In this document: positions 12,181 through 23,683 of the stretch, one piece after another
Layout: each line of letters opens with the position of its first letter
Position numbering within the stretch: the first letter of the stretch is position 1
Assembly (NCBI GenBank): GCA_963841735.1
Contig: CAWJDT010000003.1
Coordinates: forward strand, 1-64,000
Origin: an uncultured Actinomycetes bacterium
GTDB lineage: Bacteria; Actinomycetota; Thermoleophilia; RBG-16-64-13
Length of the DNA stretch: 64,000 nt
Reading direction: 5' to 3'
Position numbers and translations under genes: made by a program
The notes under the pieces: model-generated
The model's input: only the letters and a program-made list of their open reading frames with translations
Database searches by the model: none
What the model was told of the DNA's origin: nothing

Positions 12181-13012
12181 GTGGTGCACTCCTTTCGAGG
12201 AGACGCGGCCGAGCCGCTATTGGCGTAGAAGCCACTCTTTTCGACAAGCTCGGCCACAGGTTCAGGCACCAGATATCGCACTCCTTTGCCGGCAGCCAAC
12301 CGCTCTCGTATCATGCTGGACGAGATGGCCAGAGCCGGAAGCTCCAGGGTCTTGACACGAGCCTCCGGCACCAGGCCGATGGTCTGCTGTACGTAGTCTA
12401 CCGAGCAGCCCGGACAGCTTGGACAGGTCGTAGCCGGGCCGGGTGGCGGCGATGAACGTCGCCAATTGCAGCACGCGCGCCGGGTCTTTCCAGGTCAGAA
12501 TATCCAGCACCGCGTCGGCCCCCGTGATGAAGAACAGCTCTCCGCCCGGCGGCAAGATGCCGGCCAGGTACTCCAACGTATCCACCGTGTAGCTGACCTT
12601 GCCGCCGCTCTATCTCAAGACGCGATACCGAGAAGCGCGGATTCGCCGCCGTCGCCACCGACACGAGCATATAGCGGAACTCCGCCGGGGCAAGTTCGCG
12701 GGCCTTGTGAGGGGGATCTCCGGCCGGCATGAACAGCACCTGGTCAAGGGCGAACTGAGCCAGAGCCTCTTCGGCGGTGATCAGATGGGCCACGTGGATG
12801 GGATCGAACGCCCCTCCCATGATGCCCAAACGCAGGCCGGGGCGATCGCGCAGAGAGGCTATAAGACCATCCCGGTCGAGCCGAGCGTCCAAGCCACGGG
12901 CGGAGCCGGCCGCCGCGGCACCGCTATGAGCCCCGAGGCCGTCGCAGGCCTCGGAGCCGCGCGCAAGCCGTGGCACAGAGGGCATCGGAGCACCAGCGGC
13001 CGCGCGCGCCAC
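12177..13012 (-). CDS. nadD: Nicotinate-nucleotide adenylyltransferase (frameshifted)
   Basis: LGIMGGAFDPIHVAHL, PAGDPPHK, FFITGADA, ISSSMIRER. Confidence 0.93.
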
Positions 13013-14266
13013 TACCGGACGTGACCATTACCGGTCACCACATATTTGGTGGAAGTAAGTTCCTTGAGGGCCACCGGCCCCCGAGCGTGCAGTTTCTGGG
13101 TGGAGATGCCTATCTCGGCGCCCAGGCCGAACACTCCGCCATCGGTGAAGCGGGTGGACGCGTTCACATAGACCACAGCTGCGTCTACGCCCTGCGCGAA
13201 GCGCCGGGCGGACTGCGAGGTCGCGGGTCAAGATGGCTTCCGAGTGTCCCGTGCCGTAATGGGTGATGTGCTCGATGGCTTCCTCGATGTCGTCCACCAC
13301 TTTGATCGCCATTTCCATGGCAAGAAATTCGGTTGCATAGTGCTTCTCGGTGGCTTTGTACAGCTTGTCATGGGTCTCGCCCGCTAGGTCGCGAGTGCGT
13401 ACGTCGACATAGAGCTTCACTTTGCGCTGCTGGAGAGCCTTGACCACGGCCGGGATGAACTCGGCGGCGGCGGCCTGATGCACCAGCAGCGTCTCAGCGG
13501 CGTTGCAGACCCCCGGCCGCTGGCACTTAGCGTTGATGGTGATGGCCAAGGCGTCCTGGAGATCCGCCGTGGCGTCTACGTACACGTGGCAGTTGCCCCC
13601 AGCCGCGTAGATGACCGGCACCTTGGAGTGCTCCAGCAGAAACTCCTTGAGGGCTTCGCCGCCCCTGGGGATCACCAGATCGATGTGGTCCTTCAGTTGC
13701 ACGAGGTCCAGCAACACACTCCGGTCTTTGTCCAACACAAACTGGATGCAGTCGCCCGGCAGACCGGCGTCGATAGCCGCGCCGGTGATGACCTGCGCAA
13801 GAGCGCGGTTGGACCGATACGCGTCGCTGCCGCCCCGCAAAATGACAGAGTTGCCCGTCTTTATGCACAGGGCCACGGCATCCACGGTCACGTTAGGCCG
13901 CGCCTCGTAGACCACCAAGACGACCCCAAACGGTACGCGCACCCTCTGGATCTCGAGTCCTTCAGGAGTGCGCCATCCCTCCACCACTTCGCCCACGGGG
14001 TCCGGCAGAGCGGCGATATCGCGTACGCTGCGGGCGATGCCCTTCAGGCGCTCCTCGTCGAGCAACAGCCGGTCGACCAGCGCCGGGGAGAGACCGCCGC
14101 GGCGACCCTCCTCCACGTCGTCGGCGTTTTCCAACAGGATCTCGGCGCTGCGTCGTTCGATTGCGTCGGCCATGGCCAGCAGCGCCTTATTCTTCAAGGC
14201 CGCGTCCGCAACCGCCAATCGGCGCGAAGCCACTTTCGCCTTTGTGGCCAAATCTCTGTTCTTCAT
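13012..14266 (-). CDS. proA: Gamma-glutamyl phosphate reductase (one frameshift near 13210)
   Basis: [52 protein letters not shown]; true C-terminus [12 protein letters not shown] is in a shifted frame. Confidence 0.95.
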
Positions 14267-14285
14267 TGTTCCTCCCGGTCCCCTG

Positions 14286-15392
14286 TCATACGAGCACCAG
14301 ATAATCTCTATGGATGGCTTCTGACGAAGCCTGAGGTAACAATACTGCCACGTTCGCGCTCTGAAGTCCCTTGACTCTCTCCAAATCGTCACGACAGTAG
14401 TTGACCAAACCCTTGGCCAATTCGACCCCGTCCTCGTCGACCACCATGACAGCGTCTCCGCCGGTGAAATCCCCCTCTACCCCCACCACGCCCACGGGTA
14501 GCAGGCTGCCACAGCCTCTCAAAGCCGTCACGGCTCCCGCGTCCACGATCACTCTACCCCGCGCCGGCTTGCCGTACAGCAGCCAGAGCTTGTAGTGGGG
14601 CAAACCAAGAGACCGGGGCAGGAAACGAGTGCCAACATCCTCGCCGGCCACGCAGGCCCTGAGGATGTCCGGCTTTGTCCCTCGGGCGATGATGGTCTCG
14701 ACCCCACCGCTGGTGGCCACGTTGGCGCTGTCTATCTTGGTAGACATCCCCCCCGAGCCCAGGGGACCGACGGCCCCTATCTGAACGCATTCGAGCGCGC
14801 TCGGATCGTCTACTTCGGTGATCAACCGCGCGTCCGAGTCCTCGCGGGGATCGGCCGTATACAGACCGTCGGTATCGGTGAGCAGCACCAGGAGATCGGC
14901 ATTCACCAGAAGCGCCACCTGAGCGGCCAGGGTGTCGTTGTCTCCGAAGCAGAGCTCCTCGGTGGAGGTGGTGTCGTTCTCGTTGATAATGGGCACCACG
15001 TCCCAGTCGAGAAGCCGGTTGAGCGTGTTGCGGGCATTCACGTATTGGGAGCGGGCCGCGACATCCAAAGCCGTCAGAAGCACTTGGGCCGCCACCACCT
15101 TCTCACGGGAGAAGAGGTTGGTGTAGATGTGGAACAGGCGTCCCTGCCCCACCGCGGCAGCGGCCTGTAGGTCGACCACTTCGGTGGGGCGCTTCTTGAA
15201 TCCCAGCGCACCCATTCCCGAGGACACCGCTCCAGAAGAGACCACCAGCATGCGGCAGCCGTCGCGGTGCAACTGACAGATCTCGGCCACCAGCGCTGTC
15301 ACCGCGTTCCGCCGAAACGTGCCGCTCTTCGTGGTGAGGGTGCTGGAGCCGATCTTGACAACGACCGTCTTGCCCTTTTGTCTACTTGCCAT
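14286..15392 (-). CDS. proB: Glutamate 5-kinase with PUA domain
   Basis: VVKIGSS, VSSGAV, AAVGQ, VPIINEND, FGDNDTLAA, GSGGMSTK. Confidence 0.97.
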   Translation of the reverse strand: MASRQKGKTVVVKIGSSTLTTKSGTFRRNAVTALVAEICQLHRDGCRMLVVSSGAVSSGMGALGFKKRPTEVVDLQAAAAVGQGRLFHIYTNLFSREKVVAAQVLLTALDVAARSQYVNARNTLNRLLDWDVVPIINENDTTSTEELCFGDNDTLAAQVALLVNADLLVLLTDTDGLYTADPREDSDARLITEVDDPSALECVQIGAVGPLGSGGMSTKIDSANVATSGGVETIIARGTKPDILRACVAGEDVGTRFLPRSLGLPHYKLWLLYGKPARGRVIVDAGAVTALRGCGSLLPVGVVGVEGDFTGGDAVMVVDEDGVELAKGLVNYCRDDLERVKGLQSANVAVLLPQASSEAIHRDYLVLV

Positions 15393-15402
15393 GCGAACCC
15401 CT

Positions 15403-16792
15403 CTAGTGGAACTCGAAGGCGTAGCCTTCTATGTCGACCTCGTCCCCGGGCTGAGCTCCCTGCGCCCGCAGGGCAGCATACACACCCAGCCGGTCAAGCT
15501 TCTCGGCAAGATACCGACTAGCTTCTTCGTTGTCGAGGTCGAACCTCCTTACCAGACGGCGCAGCCCCTCGCCCTGGACTCTGAAGCTCTCTTTGCCCCG
15601 AGTCACGATAAACGACTTCTCGCCGGAGGCAACAGGCCGGTAGGTGACATGGCCGCCTGCCACCGAAACGGTGTCTTCGGCGGGCGCGGCCTCGGGCGTC
15701 TGTGATCGCAATGCAGCCAGTAAGGGCCCCACCCAGCGTACCAGAGCGGTCAGCCCCGCGCCGGTGAAAGCAGACACCGGCCACACCATCTGCTCAGCAA
15801 GCGGCAAGTCCTCATCCACCACGTAGCTGAAAGCCGGATGGCCGGCACGCCTCAGAGCCTCAACCTCGGCCACAAACAACTCCCTCTGTGCCTCCATCTC
15901 TTCGGAGAGCAGAGAGTCGATCTTGTTGAGCACGATGACCTGAGGCTTCTCCGCCAACCCAGCCGCGTGGGCTTCCAATTCGGCCAGAATCGTCCGGAAC
16001 CCGGCCAATGGCTCGACGCCATCGGTGCCGGCTGATGTCCACTACATGCACGAGCAGAAAGCAGCGTTCTAGGTGAGCAAGGAACTCATGTCCCAGGCCT
16101 ATCCCCTCGCTCGCTCCCTCCAGAAGTCCGGGCACGTCCGCCAGAGTGAGCACATCCCCCTCACCCGACCAGTCCACCACCCCCAGCATCGGCTCCACGG
16201 TGGTGAACGGGTACGCCGCCACCTTGGGTTTGGCGTTCGAAAGCCTCCGCAGTAACGACGACTTGCCCGCGTTGGGCAGTCCGGCCAGGCCGGCGTCGGC
16301 CATGAGCTTCAGAGACAGGCGCACCCAAAGGCTCTTCCCCTCCTCGCCCAGCTCGGCAAACTTAGGAGCCTGGTGGACCGAATTGGTGAACCGGGTGTTG
16401 CCGTGCCCCCCCAATCCGCCTTGCGCCAGAAGGAACTCCTGTCCCGCGGATATTAGGTCGGCCATCAGCTTGGGTACGACATCGTCCTCCCCATCGGACT
16501 CGGCCCACACCTGCGTGCCCAGAGGAACTCGGATGACTACGGTGTCGCCGTCGGCGCCGTGTCTGCGCACCCCATGCCCGCTACCACCATTGCCGGCTTT
16601 GAAGTGGACCTTGTATGTGAAGGGCTGCAGATCGCGCAGCTGAGCATCGGCCCTGAGGATGATGTCCCCGCCCCGTCCGCCGTCTCCGCCGTCCGGTCCC
16701 CCACGAGGAACGTGCATCTCTTTACGAAAAGAAACGCAGCCGTTTCCGCCGTTCCCGGCCGCTACATGGATCTTAGCTTGATCAAAGAACAT
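15403..16792 (-). CDS. obgE: GTPase Obg/CgtA (frameshift near 16030)
   Basis: MFFDQAKI..GNGGNG, GGPDGGDGGRGG, GLPNAGKS, AYPFTT, DVPG, NKID and C-terminal DUF1967. Confidence 0.96.
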
Positions 16793-16842
16793 GCGCGGGT
16801 CCTCGGGAAGGCACGCCCGGCCGCGAACCGCCGATTAGGCGG

Positions 16843-17094
16843 CTACTCGCACAGGATGCTGATTAGGCGGCCTTTCCTGCCCGTGGAGAATTCCACGCGA
16901 CCGGGGGCCTTGGCGAACAACGTATCGTCTTTGCCGATGCCAACGTTGACGCCGGGACGAAACACGGTGCCGCGCTGACGAACGAGGATGGCGCCGGCCT
17001 TGACCTGCTCGCCGGCAAAAGCTTTAACACCCAGACGCTGGGCGTTGGAATCGCGGCCGTTCCTGGAACTGCCGCCACCTTTTTTGTGTGCCAT
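16843..17094 (-). CDS. rpmA: 50S ribosomal protein L27
   Basis: [24 protein letters not shown]. Confidence 0.99.
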   Translation of the reverse strand: MAHKKGGGSSRNGRDSNAQRLGVKAFAGEQVKAGAILVRQRGTVFRPGVNVGIGKDDTLFAKAPGRVEFSTGRKGRLISILCE

Positions 17095-17106
17095 ATCCCG
17101 TCCCTC

Positions 17107-17409
17107 CTACGCGATCTTCTTGACCTCGAGGCGCGTGAGCCCCGAGCGGAAGCCTGTCTTCTTGCGAAAGCCGCGCTTGGGCTTGAACCGCGAGATAATG
17201 ATCTTCGGTCCACGAAAGTGCTCGACCACCTCGGCCGTGACTTTCGCCTCATTGCCCTCGCCCGCTAGGCTCATGGAGCCGCCGTCGGCGACCAGCAGGG
17301 CGCACAACTCAATGGTTGTACCTTCCTCAGCCTTGAGACGGTCAACGATGACCTCCTGGCCTTCCTCAACGCGGTATTGCTTACCGCCGACCTTGACGAT
17401 GGCGAACAT
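17107..17409 (-). CDS. rplU: 50S ribosomal protein L21
   Basis: [31 protein letters not shown]; GAGGAG SD. Confidence 0.97.
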   Translation of the reverse strand: MFAIVKVGGKQYRVEEGQEVIVDRLKAEEGTTIELCALLVADGGSMSLAGEGNEAKVTAEVVEHFRGPKIIISRFKPKRGFRKKTGFRSGLTRLEVKKIA

Positions 17410-17473
17410 GCCGACTCCTCGTGTGCTTTCATCGAATCGCGGCCACCGCCTTAGCAGCTGCCGCGAGCACGGG

Positions 17474-17482
17474 ATTATAACA
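17474..17482 (-). promoter_or_regulatory. Extended -10 promoter for rplU-rpmA-obgE
   Basis: TGtTATAAT 65-73 bp upstream of the rplU ATG. Confidence 0.6.
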
Positions 17483-17518
17483 GGCTTGTTCGGCCACTGC
17501 CACCCGTTGGACTGCGAG

Positions 17519-18994
17519 CTAATCCGGCACCACCTCAAAGTGGTCAAGAGGCACGTGCCCGCCTGCTTTCTGCATGGAGATCTGCCGCCCCTCTCCGTCT
17601 CGATCAGCACAAGCAACGAGGCACAGGGCGCCCCGGCAGCATCCACACCGGCAGCCGCGAGCCTGTCCGCGATACGCGGGTGGACCCTCACCCGCACCCC
17701 CGGCAGCGCAGAGGCGGCGGCCGTCGCGCGAATGCGGCGCTCTACCGCGATAAGCGCAGAATCCTCGGAGAGCACAGTGCCGTCACCCCGGCACCGCGGA
17801 CACGGCTCGGTCACCGTCTCGCGCAGGCCCCGAGTGACGTTCTGACGCGTCATCTCCACAAGCCCAAGCGGCGAGATCTCCACCACGTAGCTCTTGGTGC
17901 GGTCCTTTGCCAGCTCTGCCTGCAGATCGATGAGCACCGCCTCCCGGTTGACCGGCGAGGCCATGTCGATGAAGTCCACCACTATTATGCCGCCGATATC
18001 CCGCAACCGCAGCTGGCGGACGACCTCCTGGCAGGCCTCCAGATTGGTCTTGAGAACGGTGTCCTCCAGGAAGCGGCGCCCGGTGTAGCTGCCGGTGTTG
18101 ACGTCCACCACCGTCATGGCTTCGGTGTGGTCGATCACGATGTACCCTCCGGAGGGCAGGCCCACCCGGCGCTGGAGAGCCTTGGCGAATCTCCTGCTCT
18201 AAACCGAAGCGTTCGAACAGCCCGCCGCCTTCGTGAAGCTCCACCGTCCCCGCCAGCGCGGGAGCGATGCCCCGCAGAAAGTTCACCAACCGCCTTTGCA
18301 GACCGGCGTCATCGACGACCACCGCGCCCGCTTCGGCCCCGAGAAGCTCGCGTACCGCCCGCAGCGCCAATTCCGCCTCGGCATACACCAGCGCCGGCGC
18401 GCCGGCAGGCAGCAGCCCTGCTTCTTCGCGCAGCCCCCATTGATGCCGCAAGAAGCGGAGTTCGCGTCCCAGGGTCTCCTCGTCCGCCCCTTCCGCCGCG
18501 GTGCGAGCTATCAGTCCCTCTCCCGGCGCCAGATCGAGCCGCCGCGCACAGCTCGCGCAGTCGCGACCCGCTCGTCTGCCTCCAGCCTGCGCGACGCCCC
18601 CATGGTAGACGTCTGGGGTAGATAGACCAGGCATCGTCCTGCCATGGCCAGCTGAGTGGTAAGACGCGGTCCCTTGCTCCCCATAGCGTCGCGGGCCACC
18701 TGGACCAAGACCTCTTTGCCCGACCGTAGCAGCGCGGTGATCTTGGCTCCCGACCGCCCCCGCCGGCCGGCCCGAACCGGCCTCATCGACATAGAGGAAC
18801 CCGTTGCGCTGCAGGCCGATGTCCACGAAGGCGGCATCCATGCCGGCCAGCACGTTCTCAACGCGCCCCTTGTAGATGTTGCCCACCAGGGAGGGAAGAC
18901 TCGGGCGCTCCACATACAGCTCGACCGCAACGTCGCCGTCGAGCAGCGCCACCCTGGTCTCGAGACTCCCGCGCGAGATGATCAACCGCTTCAT
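17519..18994 (-). CDS. Rne/Rng family ribonuclease (RNase G-like), frameshifted
   Basis: [25 protein letters not shown] (S1), [49 protein letters not shown] Zn-link. Confidence 0.92.
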
Positions 18995-18998
18995 ACCC

Positions 18999-21588
18999 TC
19001 ACTCCTGCGACAGGTGGATGCTCGTCCTGGTTATGCGCCGGATGTGGAGCGCTCCGCCGGCAAGGACCTCCAGAGCTTCCACCACCCGCTCGGGCCGCGC
19101 AGTACCCGCCGGGGTTACGACAGTATCGAAGACCAGCGTGATCGTCGCTTTCGCGCCTACGTCAGCACCCTTGCGCACCGACACGCCCACGACGTATTTC
19201 TTGACGTCGACCGTCCGCACTCGGCCTTCCCGGCTCTCCTCCACCGTCAGACTGCTGCTCCGGCCGAAACTGGCGACAGCTTCCCCAAGCACCACCGTCG
19301 GGGACCGCCCTTCCCAGCTCTCTGCCGGGAAGTCCACCTCTACCTCGTATGATGCTCCCACCACGCGAGCCGGCAGCGCCCGTCGCGCCTCATAGGGCTC
19401 CAGCGCCGTCAGGGCCGTGTGCTCGGGCAGCGCCGCGGCCAGCCGGGCCGCAAACCCGGGCACCAGGATCGTCGGCCAGTTCGAACTCCGCCAGTTCATG
19501 CAGGCCCTCCACCCCCACAGCCAGCGGCAGAGCCAGGCTGAGCAGCGCCTTGGGCCGCATCCCCTCAGAAAGCGCGAGGCGTCCTCCCGCTTTGCGAACG
19601 GCGCGTCGGAACACCTCCACCCGGTCGAGGTGGCCGATGAAGCGTCCCCGTCCCTGCACGGTGAACGTGGCCGCGTAGCGGCGCGCCCGACCTCGCCGGA
19701 GCCCCGGCCCGGCCGCCGGGCTGCGGGCGGGCGCAACCGGCCGCGGCGCCAACGCCGCCGCGGCCAGATCGACGCCGACGACGCCGGCAGCGCGGTCTGC
19801 ACGGTCGGCCAGGTCGTTGCCCATACCATCCACACAAGCCCCGCATTCGCCGCAACCGTCCCAGCGGCAGTCGGGGGTAGTCTCTCCCAGTTCCGCCCGC
19901 TCCCACTCCTTGACAAGGAAGGCGCGGTCGGCCACCCCCAATATGAGCTCCCAGGGCAGTGTGCGGTCGAAGGGAAGCGGCGTGGTCGCGAGTTCCTCGC
20001 GGACGGAGCCGGCTGAGGCGAACGCCGCCGTCCACGCTTCACCCCGGAATTGCTCGGTCCAGGAGTCGAAGCGAGCCCCTTTGGCCCAAGCCTCAAGGAT
20101 CACTTGCCCCATGCTCTCGTCGCCTCGAGCCAGAGCAGCTTCAAGGTAGCTCTTGCCGGCCCCCGAGACGGCCAGTTTCACGCCGGCACGGCGCAGACGA
20201 GAGCGGAGCAGATCCTGCCGGCGCAGCAGGGTCTCCCGGTCGGCCATGCCGGCCCACTGAAATGCCGTGAACGGCTTGGGAATGAAGTTGTTGACGCTGA
20301 CGTTGAGCTGCAACCGGGAGGCGCGCTTCCCCAGGACGCGCCGGCCCAGATCGCGCACCCTCAGGCAAAGGTCGGCGATGGCCACCACGTCCTCGTCGGT
20401 CTCCCCGGGCAGTCCGATCATGAAGTACAACTTGAGCGTGGTCTTGCCCGAGCGGAAGGCCTCTTCGGCCGCGCCCAGGATGTCGGACTCCGTCACGTTC
20501 TTGTTGATGATGTCGCGCATCCGCTGACTGCCCGCCTCGGGCGCCAGGGTCAGGGAGGGGCCGGTGGGTGATGCCATTCGGGCCAGCTTGACCGCCGCGC
20601 CGTCCACGCGCAGCGAGGGCAGCGAGACCCTTACTTCCGGGTGGTCCTGAGCCATCCGTACCAGTACTTCCTCCAGCCGTGTGTGGTCGGTGGTCGATAG
20701 CGAAGCCAAGGCCAGTTCCTGATGCCCGGTGGCCTGGAGCTGCTCCCGAGCCATATCCAGAATCTGCCCGGCCTGGCGTTCCCTGACCGGCCGGTACCAC
20801 ATGCCGGCTTGGCAGAAACGGCAGCCCCGAGTGCAGCCACGCATGATCTCCACCCAGGCACGATCGTGCACCCCCGCCGTGAGCGGCACAATGCACTCCG
20901 CGGGATAGGGAGCATCCGCAAGCCGTGCCACTGTGCGCCTGGTCACCTTCTGGCTCAGCCCGGGGATGAACACACCCGGAACCTCCCCCAGACGGCGCTT
21001 GGTCTCGGCCCGATCGGCGCCGTCCCGCTTGGCCTTGAGCAGAGTGGCAAGCATCTCCGGAAACAGTCCTTCCCCGTCGCCCACCGCAACGGCATCCAAG
21101 AACCGACCGACCGGCAAGAAGTTGGCGCACGCCGGGCCGCCTCCCACTACCAGAGGATCACCCTCAGACCTGTCTTCGGCCACCGCAGGGATACCCGCCA
21201 GGTCGAGCATCTCGAGGAGGTTGGTGAAGTTGAACTCATGCTGCAGGGTGACGCCCAGCAGGTCGGCCTGGGCTACCGGAGTCCACGTCTCGAGCGTCAG
21301 CAGCGGCACGCCCTCCCGACGCATGGCGACTATCGCGTCTACCCAAGGCAGGTAGGTGCGCTCCACCTCCACGCCCTCGGCCTCGCGGGCCAAGTGGTAG
21401 AGGATCTGCATGGCTTGGTTGGAGATACCGATCTCGTAGGTATCGGGAAAGCCGAGCACCACTCGCACGGTCCCTGGTTGCCCAGAGAATCCGGGGCCGG
21501 CTCCCGGCTCACCTCCTATCAGGCGGGCGGGTTGCCGGATTGAGGACAGGATGTCTTCGAAGTGGCTCTGAACAGTCGTGTCGCTCAA
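18999..21588 (-). CDS. TIGR03960-type radical SAM protein fused to a TIGR03936/DUF2344 domain (frameshift near 19460)
   Basis: GFPDTYEIGISN, EIMRGCTRGCRFCQAG (CxxxCxxC), TLAPEAGSQRMRDIINK; then FIGHLD..F.RAVR..LALSEG..PKA..ALPLAVGVEG; conserved position between rodA and rng. Confidence 0.88.
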
Positions 21589-22445
21589 CGCCGCAGCGAA
21601 TCGGCAAGACGCAAGCACCCGACTGGTGGAGGCAGGAGCGCCTTTCTGGAAGTAGCGCGATAGCCGCCATGCCCACGGCGATCGTGCCCGTGTAACCGGT
21701 GCTCGCCTTGAGCACCAAGCCGATGCCTGGAGTGGACCGCATGAACGTCCGGGCGAGCGCACGGAAGCCGAAGCCCATTCCCACCACCCCGGCCAGTTCG
21801 ATCGCTCGTTCCTTGCCGATCTCTTCCCCGTAGATGGCTGCGATGGCCATGACCATCTTGATCTGGTTGAGAGTCATCACCGGCATGTCCGCACCTGGGA
21901 CGAAGAACACCAGCCCGACCAGTGCGTTCTGACCGGCAGTGCGGTAGACCACCCGACGGGCGGCCGCGGCTCTGAGCACCGGGTAACGCCGGCCCAGCGC
22001 CACCGCGTGGTCCCCCGCGCGCTCGACGCAGGCGTCAAACAGCCGCCGCCATCCGACAACGGAATCGGTGAACGACAGCCTAGTGCAGCCCGCCACCGGA
22101 GAACTGCGCCTTGCCTGTGGCAACCTCGCCCTCGTCCACCGCCAGGACCACTCCGCCCGCGGGCACCGAGCGGGCCAATCCCACGAGAGCGTCGGCCTCC
22201 ATGTCCGCGGACACCAGGACTATCAGTAGCTCACCGGGCACGGTGGAGATCTCACTCAGCTCCGTCACCGGCCGCGTCCAGACCGCGGGCAGCGTGCCCC
22301 CGGCGAAGAACTCCTGTTGCGCGAGCACCACCAGCCGCTGGTCGCCGGCCAGTACCACGCCGGCCGCTTCACCGGTGGTCGCCGATACTTCTCTCCAGGC
22401 GTCTGCGAACTTCGAAACGTTCAAGGGCAACTTCACCACTGACAT
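21585..22445 (-). CDS. DUF697/EcsC-like protein (frameshifted)
   Basis: QNALVGLVFFVPGADMPVMTLNQIKMVMAIAAIYGEEI..ERAIEL..V.GMGFGFRALAR. Confidence 0.65.
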
Positions 22446-22472
22446 CTCCCGACAATCCCGGCCCGGGGGCGG

Positions 22473-23670
22473 CTATTTGGACGGATCGGCCACCGAATGC
22501 ACGTGCACACTCTCAAGGAGACCGATGGCCATCAAGAATACTACCAGGGAGCTGCTGCCAAAACTCACAAACGGCAGGGGCAACCCTGTGACCGGCATGA
22601 TGCCGATGGTCATGCCTATGTTCACGAACACCTGGAAAACGATCACCCCGGCGATGCCCGCGGCTACCAGGGTGCCATACGGGCTACGCGACATCCGGGC
22701 GATCCTGTAGGCACGCCACACCACCAAGCCGAACAGCACGAGCAGCAAGGCCGCCCCCAGAAACCCCAGTTCCTCCCCCACCACGGCGAAGATGAAGTCG
22801 GTGTGGTGCTCGGGTATGAACCCATAGTTGCTCTGGGTGCCCTGCATGTAGCCCTTGCCGGTGAACATGCCGCTGCCCACAGCGATCTTGCTCTGCACCA
22901 GCTGATACCCGAGGTCCGTGGGGTCTTTCTCCGGGATGCAGGAAGAGTGTCAGCCGTTTGAGCTGGTATTCCTTGAGCAGCTTGATATTGAAGACGTTGG
23001 GCAGCACCCGCAGCACCATGATCGTGAAGAATGCCCCCCCACCCGCGAGGATGCCCAAGTGCGACAGGCGGACACCCCAAACCACCAGCATAGCCAAGAG
23101 GATGGCGGCCAGACAAAGTGAGGTCCCCAGGTCGGGCTGTAGGAAGATAAGGATCCCCGGTACGGCAACGTACACAACGGCGAGCACCACAAAGCGGAAG
23201 CGATCGCGCAGTTCTACCCCCTCTGCCAGCACCGCGGCCAGAGACAAGATAAGCAGGAACTTCACCAACTCAGCGGTCTGAAGTCTAAAGCCCGCGAACT
23301 CCAGCCACCTGTTGGCCCCGCCGCGGCTGACGCCCACGATCAGAGTCGCCACAAGCAGTAGCAGACTGACTGCGTAGATGTATATCTGCCAGCGGGCAAA
23401 CCATTGATAGTTCACCAAGCTGAGCGCCACCAGAAAGACAACGCCCAGGGCGAGACCTATAGCCTGGGAGCGCACGTAGAAGAATGGATGGGCAGCGATG
23501 TCCGGATCGGCGTGGGTGGCGGAGTACAGCATGAAGAAGCCGTACACAACCAAGGCCAGCGTGGCTCCCAACAGGATCCAGTCCAAACTGCGCAGATACC
23601 GCCCGATAGAGAAACCCAAGACCGGACGGCGCTCCCGGGCGACCTTGAGCACGGTGACGGGTTGGCTCAT
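22473..23670 (-). CDS. rodA: Rod shape-determining SEDS protein RodA (frameshift near 22935)
   Basis: GGANRW, LQTAELVK, LQPDLGT, QSKIAVGSG, PEHHTDFIFAVVGEELGF, PVTGLPLPFVSFGSS. Confidence 0.95.
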
Positions 23671-23683
23671 CGCGACACCACCG

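Noticed and set aside
17107-18165. Apparent RNase G-L21 fusion (352 aa)
   Set aside because: A frameshift near 17590 bypasses the rng stop at 17519, and rplU has its own promoter and SD.
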